NCBI GenBank assembly: GCA_036447315.1
Contig: JAZFUS010000348.1
Span: 1-33,749 of the forward strand
Direction: 5' to 3'
Source: Dehalococcoidia bacterium
GTDB lineage: Bacteria; Chloroflexota; Dehalococcoidia; JACVQG01; JAZFUS01
DNA: 33,749 nucleotides
The notes under the pieces were generated by a model. It had not been told where the DNA came from. It did not search any database and was given only the letters and a program-made list of their open reading frames with translations. Shown piece by piece: positions 5,419-12,636 of the stretch. A program made the position numbers and the translations under genes. Position 1 is the stretch's first letter, and every line of letters begins with the position of its first letter.

Positions 5419-6317
5419 TGGTCATGGACCAGGTGGACCCGGCTGACGTGGACGACGCCATCGAGGCCCTGGCCAACCGGCTGGGCCTGGACGAGGCCAA
5501 GGTGGTCAGACAGTTCAGGGTCTGGATGCACGGACCACCCAAGGCCACCGGCCTGGAGACCAGCCTGGAGGCCGACACCATCCTGCCCCTGCTGGGCAAG
5601 ATCCAGGGGGAGCTGGGCCCGGTGGCCAAGTCCGGGGAGGACACGTTCCTGCACCGGACCTACGCCACCATCGGGGACGTCATGGCCGTGGTGGGCCCGG
5701 TCCTGTTCAACCACGAGGCCACCCTGATCCAGGAGCCGGAATTCCTGGGGACCGTCAGGGTGGGGCGGCCCTTCAAGAAGGGGACCGGCCACGAGATCCT
5801 GGAGGTGGACCTGGCCCGCTACGCCATGAGGACCAGGCTGTGGAAGGCCGGGCAGTGGGTGGGCAATACCTTCGTGGCGGACTGCGAGTCCACCGAGCCC
5901 AAGGCCGTGGGGTCCCTGGACACCTACCTGCGCCGCTACGGGATCGTGACCCTGTTCCTGCTGGTGACAGCGGACGACGACGGGGAGGCAGCGGGGCGGG
6001 AGCCAGCCAAACCCAAGCAGCGGCCCAGGGCCCGGACTGGTGCCAGGACCGAGCCAGCGGCTGCGGCTGCGGTGCGGGCAGGCACCGGGAAGTTCTCCGA
6101 CCACCAGGTCGAGGACGGCCTGAAGCGGGCCCAGGATGCCCTCTGGGACAGGCTGGTCAAGGCAGCGGACGGGGACGAGAACGTGGCCAAGGACATCCTG
6201 GTGGACGTCAGCAGGGACGCCCAGGGGCTGGGAGTCCGGAGCGTCTACCAGCTGCGGGACGACCAAGCCATCGACCGGGCCAGCCAGGCCCTGGAGGGTT
6301 CGAAATGGAGCGGCTGA
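5418..6317 (+). CDS. erf: ERF-family single-strand annealing protein
   Basis: ATG 5418 lies in a TGATG overlap. KSGEDTFLHRTYATIGDVMAVVGPVL and GSLDTYLRRYGIVTLF resemble the P22 Erf motifs (KYKYRSCEDILEGVKPLL, SSYARKYCLNGLFGI). The C-terminal tail is acidic and disordered-looking. Confidence 0.8.
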   Translation: MVMDQVDPADVDDAIEALANRLGLDEAKVVRQFRVWMHGPPKATGLETSLEADTILPLLGKIQGELGPVAKSGEDTFLHRTYATIGDVMAVVGPVLFNHEATLIQEPEFLGTVRVGRPFKKGTGHEILEVDLARYAMRTRLWKAGQWVGNTFVADCESTEPKAVGSLDTYLRRYGIVTLFLLVTADDDGEAAGREPAKPKQRPRARTGARTEPAAAAAVRAGTGKFSDHQVEDGLKRAQDALWDRLVKAADGDENVAKDILVDVSRDAQGLGVRSVYQLRDDQAIDRASQALEGSKWSG

Positions 6318-6478
6318 ACTACACCGAGAACACCCTGCGGATGGCCATGAACCTGGCCAGGGGGCAGGGCGCGGACGCAGGATACCGGCAGGGCGTCAGG
6401 GCTGGCCTGCTGTGGGCCCTGGCGGCAGTGGCCACCTGTGGGGCCACCGTGGGCCTGCTGACCTGGTGGGCCAGCTGA
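6305..6478 (+). CDS. small membrane protein (57 aa)
   Basis: GGAGGG lies 6 nt before ATG 6305, and the gene overlaps erf by 13 nt. The C-terminus is hydrophobic (LLWALAAVATCGATVGLLTWW). Confidence 0.5.
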   Translation: MERLNYTENTLRMAMNLARGQGADAGYRQGVRAGLLWALAAVATCGATVGLLTWWAS

Positions 6479-7266
6479 TGGGCAGACCATCCAGCGGCTA
6501 CTACCGGGAGGGGGACAAGCGGACCCCCAGGAACAGGAAGGCATCCGTGACCACCGTCCTGAAGCTGTGGGGCGACAAGGGCGGCCTGCTCTACTGGGCC
6601 AACGAGCAGGGCCTGGAGGGAAAGAACCTGCAGGAGGCCAGGGAGACCACCGGGGTCCACGCCGGGAACCAGGCCCACGCCTGGGTCGAGGCCGACCTGA
6701 ACGGCCAGCCCGGGGCCATGGTCACGACCATGTCCGACAACCTATCCGACGAGGACCTGGTGGCAGCCAGGGCGGGGTTCCAGGCATACGAGGACTGGAA
6801 GGCAGGCCTGCGGGGGTTCCGTGCCCTGGAGACCGAGCTGCCCCTGGTCCACCCCACCCTGGACTACGGCGGGACCCTGGACTGCGTGGCGGCCATCATG
6901 CGGCCCCCAAGGACAGGGGACCAGACGCCCAGGCAGACCACCAGCAGGGGCATGGGGGCCAGGCCATGGGCAGACCAGCAGGTCCTGATCCTGGCGGACT
7001 GGAAGCTGACCGGCGGGACCTACGCGGAACACGTCTATCAGGGGGCGGCCTACCTGAACCTGTACGAGGCCACCCACCCAGGGGAGCGGATCGAGGAATT
7101 CCACGCCCTCCGGTTCGGCAAGCCCACCAAGGACGGGCTGTCCAAGGGCGGGGACTTCCATCACCACCGTTTCACCAGGGCCCAGATGGACGTGGCATTC
7201 GAGGCCTTTGTACATATCCTGGAGGCCTACAAAATCAACAAGTCCGTCGAGCGGTGGGTCCGGTGA
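6478..7266 (+). CDS. PD-(D/E)XK (RecB/Cas4-like) nuclease, recombination partner of ERF
   Basis: ATG 6478 lies in a TGATG overlap. Motifs in order are GVHAGNQAHAWVE, GTLDCVA (D), LILADWKLTG (DxK) and QGAAYLNLY (QxxxY). Confidence 0.75.
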   Translation: MGRPSSGYYREGDKRTPRNRKASVTTVLKLWGDKGGLLYWANEQGLEGKNLQEARETTGVHAGNQAHAWVEADLNGQPGAMVTTMSDNLSDEDLVAARAGFQAYEDWKAGLRGFRALETELPLVHPTLDYGGTLDCVAAIMRPPRTGDQTPRQTTSRGMGARPWADQQVLILADWKLTGGTYAEHVYQGAAYLNLYEATHPGERIEEFHALRFGKPTKDGLSKGGDFHHHRFTRAQMDVAFEAFVHILEAYKINKSVERWVR

Positions 7267-7607
7267 AGCAGCGCATGACACCCTGCGGCAAGTGCCCGTT
7301 CAGGACTGACCTGGAGCCCTACCTGCGGGCAGAGCGGGCCCAGGAGATCAGGGAGGTCCTGGAGAACGGCGGCACCTTCCACTGTCACGAGACCGTAGAC
7401 TACCCCGACGACACCGACGAGGGGCGGGTGACCGACCAGTCCGAATTCTGTGCTGGGGCCATGATCCTGATGGAACACCAGGGGGGTGCCCACATGAACC
7501 AGTACATCAGGATCCTGACCAGGATCAGCGACCTGGACCTGGACAAGCTGAACATGCGGGCCCCGGTGTTCCGGGACTGGGACGACTGGGTGGAGGCCCA
7601 GGCATGA
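7263..7607 (+). CDS. Cys/His-rich hypothetical protein (putative metal-binding)
   Basis: GTG 7263 lies in a GTGA overlap, with ATG 7275 as an alternative. Cys/His motifs are CGKCPFR, FHCHET and FCAGA. Stop is TGA 7605-7607. Confidence 0.7.
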   Translation: MKQRMTPCGKCPFRTDLEPYLRAERAQEIREVLENGGTFHCHETVDYPDDTDEGRVTDQSEFCAGAMILMEHQGGAHMNQYIRILTRISDLDLDKLNMRAPVFRDWDDWVEAQA

Positions 7608-7960
7608 GTTACTGCAGGTGGTCCAGCATGGCCTGGAAGTGTGACGTCTACGCCTACGGGGACGTCAGTGGGGGGCATACCATCCACGTCGCAGGCAATC
7701 GGCACGTCCACCCCAATGGGATCCCCGACCTGCCCAACATCCTGGAGGTCAGCACCGAGGAATTCCTGGCAGCCTACAAGGTGCAGCACAAGCGGCTGGA
7801 CGAGGCCAAGCTGGTGCCCATCGGGCTGCCAGCGGACGGCGAGACCTACCACGAGCCCACCGAGGAGGCCATGGTGGAGCGGCTGCAGGAGCTGGCCAAG
7901 ATGGGCTACAACGTCCCCGAGGACCTGCTGGTCTGGCCCCTGGACGAGGGGGCGGGCTGA
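7604..7960 (+). CDS. hypothetical protein (118 aa)
   Basis: ATG 7604 lies in an ATGA overlap and the ORF is clean and protein-like. The stop overlaps the next start. Confidence 0.75.
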   Translation: MSYCRWSSMAWKCDVYAYGDVSGGHTIHVAGNRHVHPNGIPDLPNILEVSTEEFLAAYKVQHKRLDEAKLVPIGLPADGETYHEPTEEAMVERLQELAKMGYNVPEDLLVWPLDEGAG

Positions 7961-8700
7961 TGTCCGAGCGGCCCAAGGACTTCCTGGGGATCCACAACTG
8001 GGACAACCACCAGCCCCCTGAAGCGGACGGCGGGGTATTCATACGGGTGTACACCAAGCTGCTGGTCCTGGACAAATTCCGGTCCCTGACCATGGCCCAG
8101 AGGGGGGTCCTGACGAGCCTGTGGCTATACCGTGGGGTGACCGGGAGGAACCCACCACGAGACCCCGAGGCCCTTCGGAGGACCCTGGGGGGTGCCCGCG
8201 ACAAGCACCTGGCGGATCACATAAAAGCCCTGCTGTCTGCCCCCTTTGTCTACTTGACCAGCACACGACGTCCCGTCCAGAAAGAGAAGAAGGGCGTGGC
8301 TAGTCATGACCAGGTCAGAATAGAGCAAGGGGACAGGTCAGATCCGGATCCGGAACAAGCACAGCAGGACCTGGTGGATCTATCTACCAGCACCCCCACG
8401 ACCAAGGACAAGATGGTCCGGGACTGGGTCCGCCGGTTCCCCATGTTCTGGAGGGTCTGGCCCAAGAAGGTCGCCCGGGTCCAGGCAGAGGCAGCCTGGC
8501 GTCAGGTGGGCCTGAAATACCTGGGGACAGCCAACGGCAAGATCGGGCCCACCGAGCTGGCGGAGAACGTCGAGGCGGTCCTGATCCGGAGGCAGGAGGA
8601 CGACTGGTCCGAGCGGCCCAAGGACAAGCTGCCCAACCCGGCCACCTTCCTGCGGGGGGAGGCCTTTGACAGCCAGAGCAGGCTGGAGGTGACCACATGA
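7960..8700 (+). CDS. putative replication-organizer-like protein (function low confidence)
   Basis: The ORF codes 246 aa. The C-terminal FWRVWPKKVARVQAEAAW ... NPATFLRGEAFD resembles the FW..YP.K...A..AW / W...E.W pattern seen in phage replication and initiator accessory proteins. A central low-GC acidic linker separates the two halves. Confidence 0.7.
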   Translation: MSERPKDFLGIHNWDNHQPPEADGGVFIRVYTKLLVLDKFRSLTMAQRGVLTSLWLYRGVTGRNPPRDPEALRRTLGGARDKHLADHIKALLSAPFVYLTSTRRPVQKEKKGVASHDQVRIEQGDRSDPDPEQAQQDLVDLSTSTPTTKDKMVRDWVRRFPMFWRVWPKKVARVQAEAAWRQVGLKYLGTANGKIGPTELAENVEAVLIRRQEDDWSERPKDKLPNPATFLRGEAFDSQSRLEVTT

Positions 8701-8912
8701 CCAAGAGGGACGACGAGCTGCGCCTCATGATGGAGCAGAACGGCAGGCTGCTGCTGGCCAAGGCCAAGGTCCAGAAGCTGATCCTGGACAGAATCTCCGA
8801 GATCGAGGAGGACGACCGGTTCCAGGCCCGGCCCAGCCTGGAGCTGGCCCAGGTGCAGCTGCAGACCGAGCTGGACACCCTTCGGACAGTCCGGGACTGG
8901 ATGGAAACATGA
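8697..8912 (+). CDS. hypothetical coiled-coil protein (71 aa)
   Basis: ATGA overlaps occur at both ends. The sequence is helical and charged. Confidence 0.65.
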   Translation: MTKRDDELRLMMEQNGRLLLAKAKVQKLILDRISEIEEDDRFQARPSLELAQVQLQTELDTLRTVRDWMET

Positions 8913-9355
8913 CAGCCATCGACCCCTGGACCGAGGCCTGCGGCAGGCTGTGCAAGCGGATCCGGAAGCGGGGCTACCTGCCCGCCGTGAAGCTGGAGCT
9001 GGAGGACCCGAGCTGCCAGGAGGCCGGGCTGATGGTCCCCTGGTCCGCCATGATCAGCAACCTGCTGGCCCCGGAAGGGGAGCCCGCCGTCCCCCTGGTG
9101 TTCCCGGACATGGAGCCCAGGACGTTCGCCTGTGGCCGGTGCCAGGACCAGCTGTACCTGCTGCGGGAGGTGGACGGGGTGGTGTATTCCAGGAAGTGCC
9201 ACCCCTGCCTGGCCTGGGACCGGATCTACATCGAGGCCGAGCGGAAGGGCGGCAAGACCATCAGGGGGTCCATCAGCGAGGACCAGGACCCCACGACCGA
9301 CCGGGCCCCCAGGACCATGCCCCGGCTGGGGATGTTCTCCGACGAGGGGAGCTGA
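8909..9355 (+). CDS. hypothetical Cys-containing protein (148 aa)
   Basis: ATG 8909 lies in an ATGA overlap. It carries CxxC-like pairs (CGRLC, CGRC, CHPC). The stop overlaps the next start (TGATG). Confidence 0.7.
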   Translation: MTAIDPWTEACGRLCKRIRKRGYLPAVKLELEDPSCQEAGLMVPWSAMISNLLAPEGEPAVPLVFPDMEPRTFACGRCQDQLYLLREVDGVVYSRKCHPCLAWDRIYIEAERKGGKTIRGSISEDQDPTTDRAPRTMPRLGMFSDEGS

Positions 9356-10200
9356 TGCGGACGTTCTGCCCAGAGTGCGGGCCCATGGTCTCGGTGGACG
9401 AGGACGGATGCTGCGCCCACTGCGGAAATGGAGCCGCTGGGGAAGCGGTGGAGCGTATGTTCAGGGACCGGGACCAGCTGCGGGAGGTCCGGTCAGCGGC
9501 GGCCAAGTACCAGGCGGACCCGGTCAACCTGGACGACCGTCCAGAGTCCTGGGGGCTGCTGGCGGACCTGCTGGACATCATCGAGGAGGGGTCAGACCAT
9601 GGACGACCGGACCCTGCCGGTGGTGACCGAGCAGAGCATCAGGAACGCGGGGAAGGCAGCCAAGGCCGGGGCGGCCAGGCGGACACCGTGGAAACATCCG
9701 AGCCTGCCCAGCGCCAGGATCGAGATCCTGCTGGCCAGGATGGACGAGACCAACCGGGAGGTGCAGGACCTGCTCCGACGACTGGCCAGGTCACCATAGT
9801 CCTGGACCTGCCGTGCCCGGACAGGCGGCTGAACCCCAACACGGCCCGGCGGATCCACAGGCGGTCAATCGCCAGGATAGAGGCAGCCAGCAGGTCAGCG
9901 GTGGGCTGGGCGGCAGCGGCCTGGACCATGCAGCACAGGAAGCCCAGGCTGCTGAACGCCCTGGTCCAGTGTACGATATACGCGAAGAACCCCAGTTTTG
10001 TGATGGACGGCGACAACGCCCTGGCCCTGTCCAAGACCATGTTCGACGGGATGGCAGACGCCGGGATTTTTACCACCGACAGGAAGCTGGTCCACTGGCC
10101 AGTCCTGCAGCCGGTGGACAAGGCAAAAGCTGGCCGGGTCAGGGTGATCATCAAACCCATGGCCGACAGCTGGACGCCGATTCTGATGGAGGGAGCGTAA
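9355..10200 (+). CDS. rusA: continuous ORF: N-terminal zinc ribbon, odd linker, C-terminal RusA-family Holliday junction resolvase domain
   Basis: ATG 9355 opens a zinc ribbon (CPEC...CAHC). The frame has no stop until TAA 10198-10200. From about 9796 it encodes IVLDLPCPDRRLNPNTARRIH...MDGDNALALSKTMFDGMADAGIFTTDRKLV, which matches the RusA D-x-D-N-xx-K...D...DD pattern. Codons 9600-9790 in this frame have poor G/C third-position bias. Confidence 0.6.
   Translation: MRTFCPECGPMVSVDEDGCCAHCGNGAAGEAVERMFRDRDQLREVRSAAAKYQADPVNLDDRPESWGLLADLLDIIEEGSDHGRPDPAGGDRAEHQERGEGSQGRGGQADTVETSEPAQRQDRDPAGQDGRDQPGGAGPAPTTGQVTIVLDLPCPDRRLNPNTARRIHRRSIARIEAASRSAVGWAAAAWTMQHRKPRLLNALVQCTIYAKNPSFVMDGDNALALSKTMFDGMADAGIFTTDRKLVHWPVLQPVDKAKAGRVRVIIKPMADSWTPILMEGA
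9599..9799 (+). CDS. hypothetical basic protein (66 aa) overlapping the 9355-10200 ORF in another frame
   Basis: ATG 9599 runs to TAG 9797-9799 (MDDRTLPVVTEQSIRNAGKAAKAGAARRTPWKH...REVQDLLRRLARSP). G/C third-position bias is strong here, unlike the overlapping frame. Confidence 0.5.
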   Translation: MDDRTLPVVTEQSIRNAGKAAKAGAARRTPWKHPSLPSARIEILLARMDETNREVQDLLRRLARSP

Positions 10201-10547
10201 TGCCCCAGAAATCACTGAAGGGGTGCAGCCGTCCAGGCTGCCCCGAGCTGACCAGGGGCCGGTTCTGCAAGCCCCACGAGGAGGTCTATCAGCAGACCAG
10301 GGACCAGGGCCGACCGACAGCTGCGTCCAGGGGCTACGGCTCCAGGTGGCAGCAGATCCGGAAGGTGGTCCTGCGGGAGGAGCCGTTCTGCCGGTCCTGT
10401 TCTGCACCGTCCACCGAGGTGGACCACATCAAACCCATGTCCAAGGGCGGGGACAATTCCAGGGGCAACCTGCAGGGCCTGTGCAAGAGGTGCCACAGCA
10501 GCAAGACCGGAAGCGTGGACGGCGGATTCGGGAACGTGGCGTCGTGA
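10200..10547 (+). CDS. HNH endonuclease (terminase-associated type)
   Basis: ATG 10200 lies in a TAATG overlap. Motifs are CRSC...VDHIKPMSKGGDNSRGNLQGLCKRCHSSKT (HNH with flanking CxxC pairs). It lies just upstream of terS, as in HK97-like phages. Confidence 0.85.
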   Translation: MPQKSLKGCSRPGCPELTRGRFCKPHEEVYQQTRDQGRPTAASRGYGSRWQQIRKVVLREEPFCRSCSAPSTEVDHIKPMSKGGDNSRGNLQGLCKRCHSSKTGSVDGGFGNVAS

Positions 10548-10756
10548 CCTTCGTGGGGTCAGCCTACATCAAGATCCAGGGGGAGTCCTGGCGGCACGTC
10601 GCCCTATGTCTGGAGGCGGACGACGTCTGCCTGGCGGTCTACGGGTTCTGGCTGAAGGTGGGCCGGGAACACCAAGGCCTGGCGGTCCCCCTGCGGGTCA
10701 GCCATTTCCACCTGCAACCCCTGAACCCGGAGCTGGAGCCCCATGCCCAAGCCTGA
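10544..10756 (+). CDS. hypothetical protein (70 aa)
   Basis: GTG 10544 lies in a GTGA overlap. Third-position G/C bias is good. Confidence 0.5.
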   Translation: MTFVGSAYIKIQGESWRHVALCLEADDVCLAVYGFWLKVGREHQGLAVPLRVSHFHLQPLNPELEPHAQA

Positions 10757-10979
10757 ATTTGCCGACTACAGCCAGCCCTGCAGATCCTGCCAGGCTGTTC
10801 CATCTGTCAACCTGGGCGGCCTTTGCGTCCACTGCGTGGAGACCATCATGGAGTATCACAACCAGCACCTGATCGAGACCCTGGACCGGCTGATCGGCGG
10901 GGTCAAGATTGTCCTGGCCCTTCTGGCTGTCAACCTGGCCCTGTCCGGTGCCCTGGTGGTGGCCTGGCTGGTGGCCTGA
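10743..10979 (+). CDS. small membrane protein with N-terminal CxxC pairs (78 aa)
   Basis: GGAG lies 4 nt before ATG 10743. It carries CRSC...CVHC followed by a C-terminal hydrophobic helix (IVLALLAVNLALSGALVVAWLVA). Confidence 0.65.
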   Translation: MPKPEFADYSQPCRSCQAVPSVNLGGLCVHCVETIMEYHNQHLIETLDRLIGGVKIVLALLAVNLALSGALVVAWLVA

Positions 10980-11470
10980 TGGGCCTACCAGGAAGGCCAC
11001 CCAAGCCCAGGGAGCTGCGGGCCCTGGCCGGGAACGCCGGGCACAGGTCCATGGACGAGGACCCACCCAAGCCCAAGGCCGGGCGACCACCCAAGCCCGA
11101 GCTGGTCGAGGACGACCCGGTGGCCAGCCAGGAATGGGACCGGGTGATCCCCCTGATCGAGGCCATGCGGATCCTGGGCGAGGAGGACGGGACAGCCCTG
11201 GCGGCCTACTGCATCCTGTACAGCAGGTGGACCCAGGCGGAGAAGCAGGTCCAGACCAGCGGCATCACCATCACCGTGGTCACCGGGACGGGGGTCCGGG
11301 TGGTCAAGAATCCAGCGGTCACCATCGCGGAAAAAGCCCTATCCCAGCTGGCCGGATTCATCGCGGAGTTCGGCCTGTCACCGCAGGCCAGGAGCCGGAT
11401 CAACGTCAAGAAAGCGGGCAAGGCCGGGCAGGGCAAGGTCGCCCTGTTCCCGGGCAAGCCAGCAAATTAG
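10979..11470 (+). CDS. terS: terminase small subunit, P27 family
   Basis: ATG 10979 lies in a TGATG overlap. GRPPKPRELRALAGN...W...AAYCILYSRW...VKNPAVTIAEKALSQLAGFIAEFGLSPQARSRI matches the P27-family pattern. Confidence 0.9.
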   Translation: MGLPGRPPKPRELRALAGNAGHRSMDEDPPKPKAGRPPKPELVEDDPVASQEWDRVIPLIEAMRILGEEDGTALAAYCILYSRWTQAEKQVQTSGITITVVTGTGVRVVKNPAVTIAEKALSQLAGFIAEFGLSPQARSRINVKKAGKAGQGKVALFPGKPAN

Positions 11471-11481
11471 GAGGTACGAGT

Positions 11482-11985
11482 ATGCCGAGCAAAACGAGAT
11501 TTCACGCCTGGGCCGGGGCTGCCCTGGTCACCCTGTCAGCCATGGCCACCGTCAGCCTGGTGGTGGCAGGACTGTCACTATGGGCGGAGGGACCGGACGC
11601 CTGGTTCGACGCCCCCCGGGACGTCCTGACCTTCCACGAGGAAATGGAAATAGCCCGGCCCACCCTGCTGGAGAACAGCGGGCAGATCATCGGGATCTGG
11701 AAGGGGCCCGGACTCTCCTGGGACGTCCACAGGTGGGAGCCCACCGACGCCACCAAGCGGCGGGCCCCTGGGAACCAGGCCTGGCCGGTGGTCCCAGCAG
11801 GGGCCTGTGACAGCCTGCAGGAGTGCGAGGACGAAATGGACGACGCCTGCACCGACGCGGGCCACGGTGGCGTGGACACGGCCACCGTCCAGCTGGTCCA
11901 ACATGCCAACGGGTCCGTGACCTGCTCCGGGGACTGCAATCTGCACGGGGCCATCGCGTTCCAGATATGCGGGCCGGTTTCCTGA
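11482..11985 (+). CDS. N-terminally anchored or secreted Cys-rich hypothetical protein (167 aa)
   Basis: Strong SD AGGAGG lies before ATG 11482. The N-terminal hydrophobic segment is AGAALVTLSAMATVSLVVAGLSLW. Several Cys occur in the C-terminal half. Confidence 0.7.
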   Translation: MPSKTRFHAWAGAALVTLSAMATVSLVVAGLSLWAEGPDAWFDAPRDVLTFHEEMEIARPTLLENSGQIIGIWKGPGLSWDVHRWEPTDATKRRAPGNQAWPVVPAGACDSLQECEDEMDDACTDAGHGGVDTATVQLVQHANGSVTCSGDCNLHGAIAFQICGPVS

Positions 11986-12170
11986 TGTCCAAGCTGACGG
12001 ACAAGCTGTGCGGGATGGTCGAGGACAAGCTGGTGGACCTGTCTGACCAGGCCTACATCGACGCCTGCGACGAGTTCAGCAGCTGGTTCGACTCCAGCGC
12101 CGAGGCCAAGCGGGACCAGATGGAGAAGGCATCCGACGCAGCCGAAATGGACGACGAGGTGACGACCTGA
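11985..12170 (+). CDS. hypothetical acidic protein (61 aa)
   Basis: ATG 11985 lies in a TGATG overlap. The protein is D/E-rich. Confidence 0.6.
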   Translation: MSKLTDKLCGMVEDKLVDLSDQAYIDACDEFSSWFDSSAEAKRDQMEKASDAAEMDDEVTT

Positions 12171-12211
12171 AGCCCAAGCCCGTGGTCCTGTGGCCAGGTG
12201 TCAGGATCTAC

Positions 12212-12631
12212 ATGGAGGCCAGGATCGAGCGCCAGGAGTCCACGGGCTGCTGGCTGTGGACCGGGGGCGTCACCACAGGAGGGTATTCCGTGTCCTGTGG
12301 TGGGCTGGCCATCCAGTTAGCCCACCGGGTCATGTACGCGATTTTACTGGGGGACACCGAGCTGCGCCTGGTTCACCTGTGCGGTGTCTCGCTGTGCGTG
12401 AACCCCGACCACATGGAGGCGGTCACGATGGGGGAGATTATAAAACGTGGGCAGACCCCGCCAGCCAGGCACAGCAGAAAGACCTGGTGCAACAACGGCC
12501 ACGAGTTCACAGAGGACAATACCCGTAGAATCAAGGGGCACAGGGTCTGCAAGCGGTGCAAACTGGACCAGAGCAGGACGCCCAAGACCAAAGCCAGGCA
12601 AGCGGCTTACAGGCTGTCCCGCCGGGGGTAG
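12212..12631 (+). CDS. HNH homing-type endonuclease (HNH_3-like)
   Basis: The pattern is GCWLWTGGVTTGGY...LAHRVMY...VHLCGVSLCVNPDHMEAVT. ATG 12212 is my preferred start and GTG 12182 is the alternative. Local patches of lower GC occur. It lies between terS and terL. Confidence 0.8.
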   Translation: MEARIERQESTGCWLWTGGVTTGGYSVSCGGLAIQLAHRVMYAILLGDTELRLVHLCGVSLCVNPDHMEAVTMGEIIKRGQTPPARHSRKTWCNNGHEFTEDNTRRIKGHRVCKRCKLDQSRTPKTKARQAAYRLSRRG

Positions 12632-12636
12632 CGGCT

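Noticed and set aside
4941-6266. Long minus-strand ORF (441 aa). Similar minus-strand ORFs lie at 19935-20981, 23014-24102, 23364-24794, 24544-25311, 28859-29788, 30467-31411 and 30733-32154.
   Set aside because: These are shadow ORFs typical of GC-rich DNA. Their translations are Pro/Gly/Arg/Leu/Val low-complexity. They lie antisense to + strand genes with recognisable motifs (ERF, TMP, tail protein). They lack SD-plus-start arrangements, and stop-poor antisense frames are expected at this GC content.
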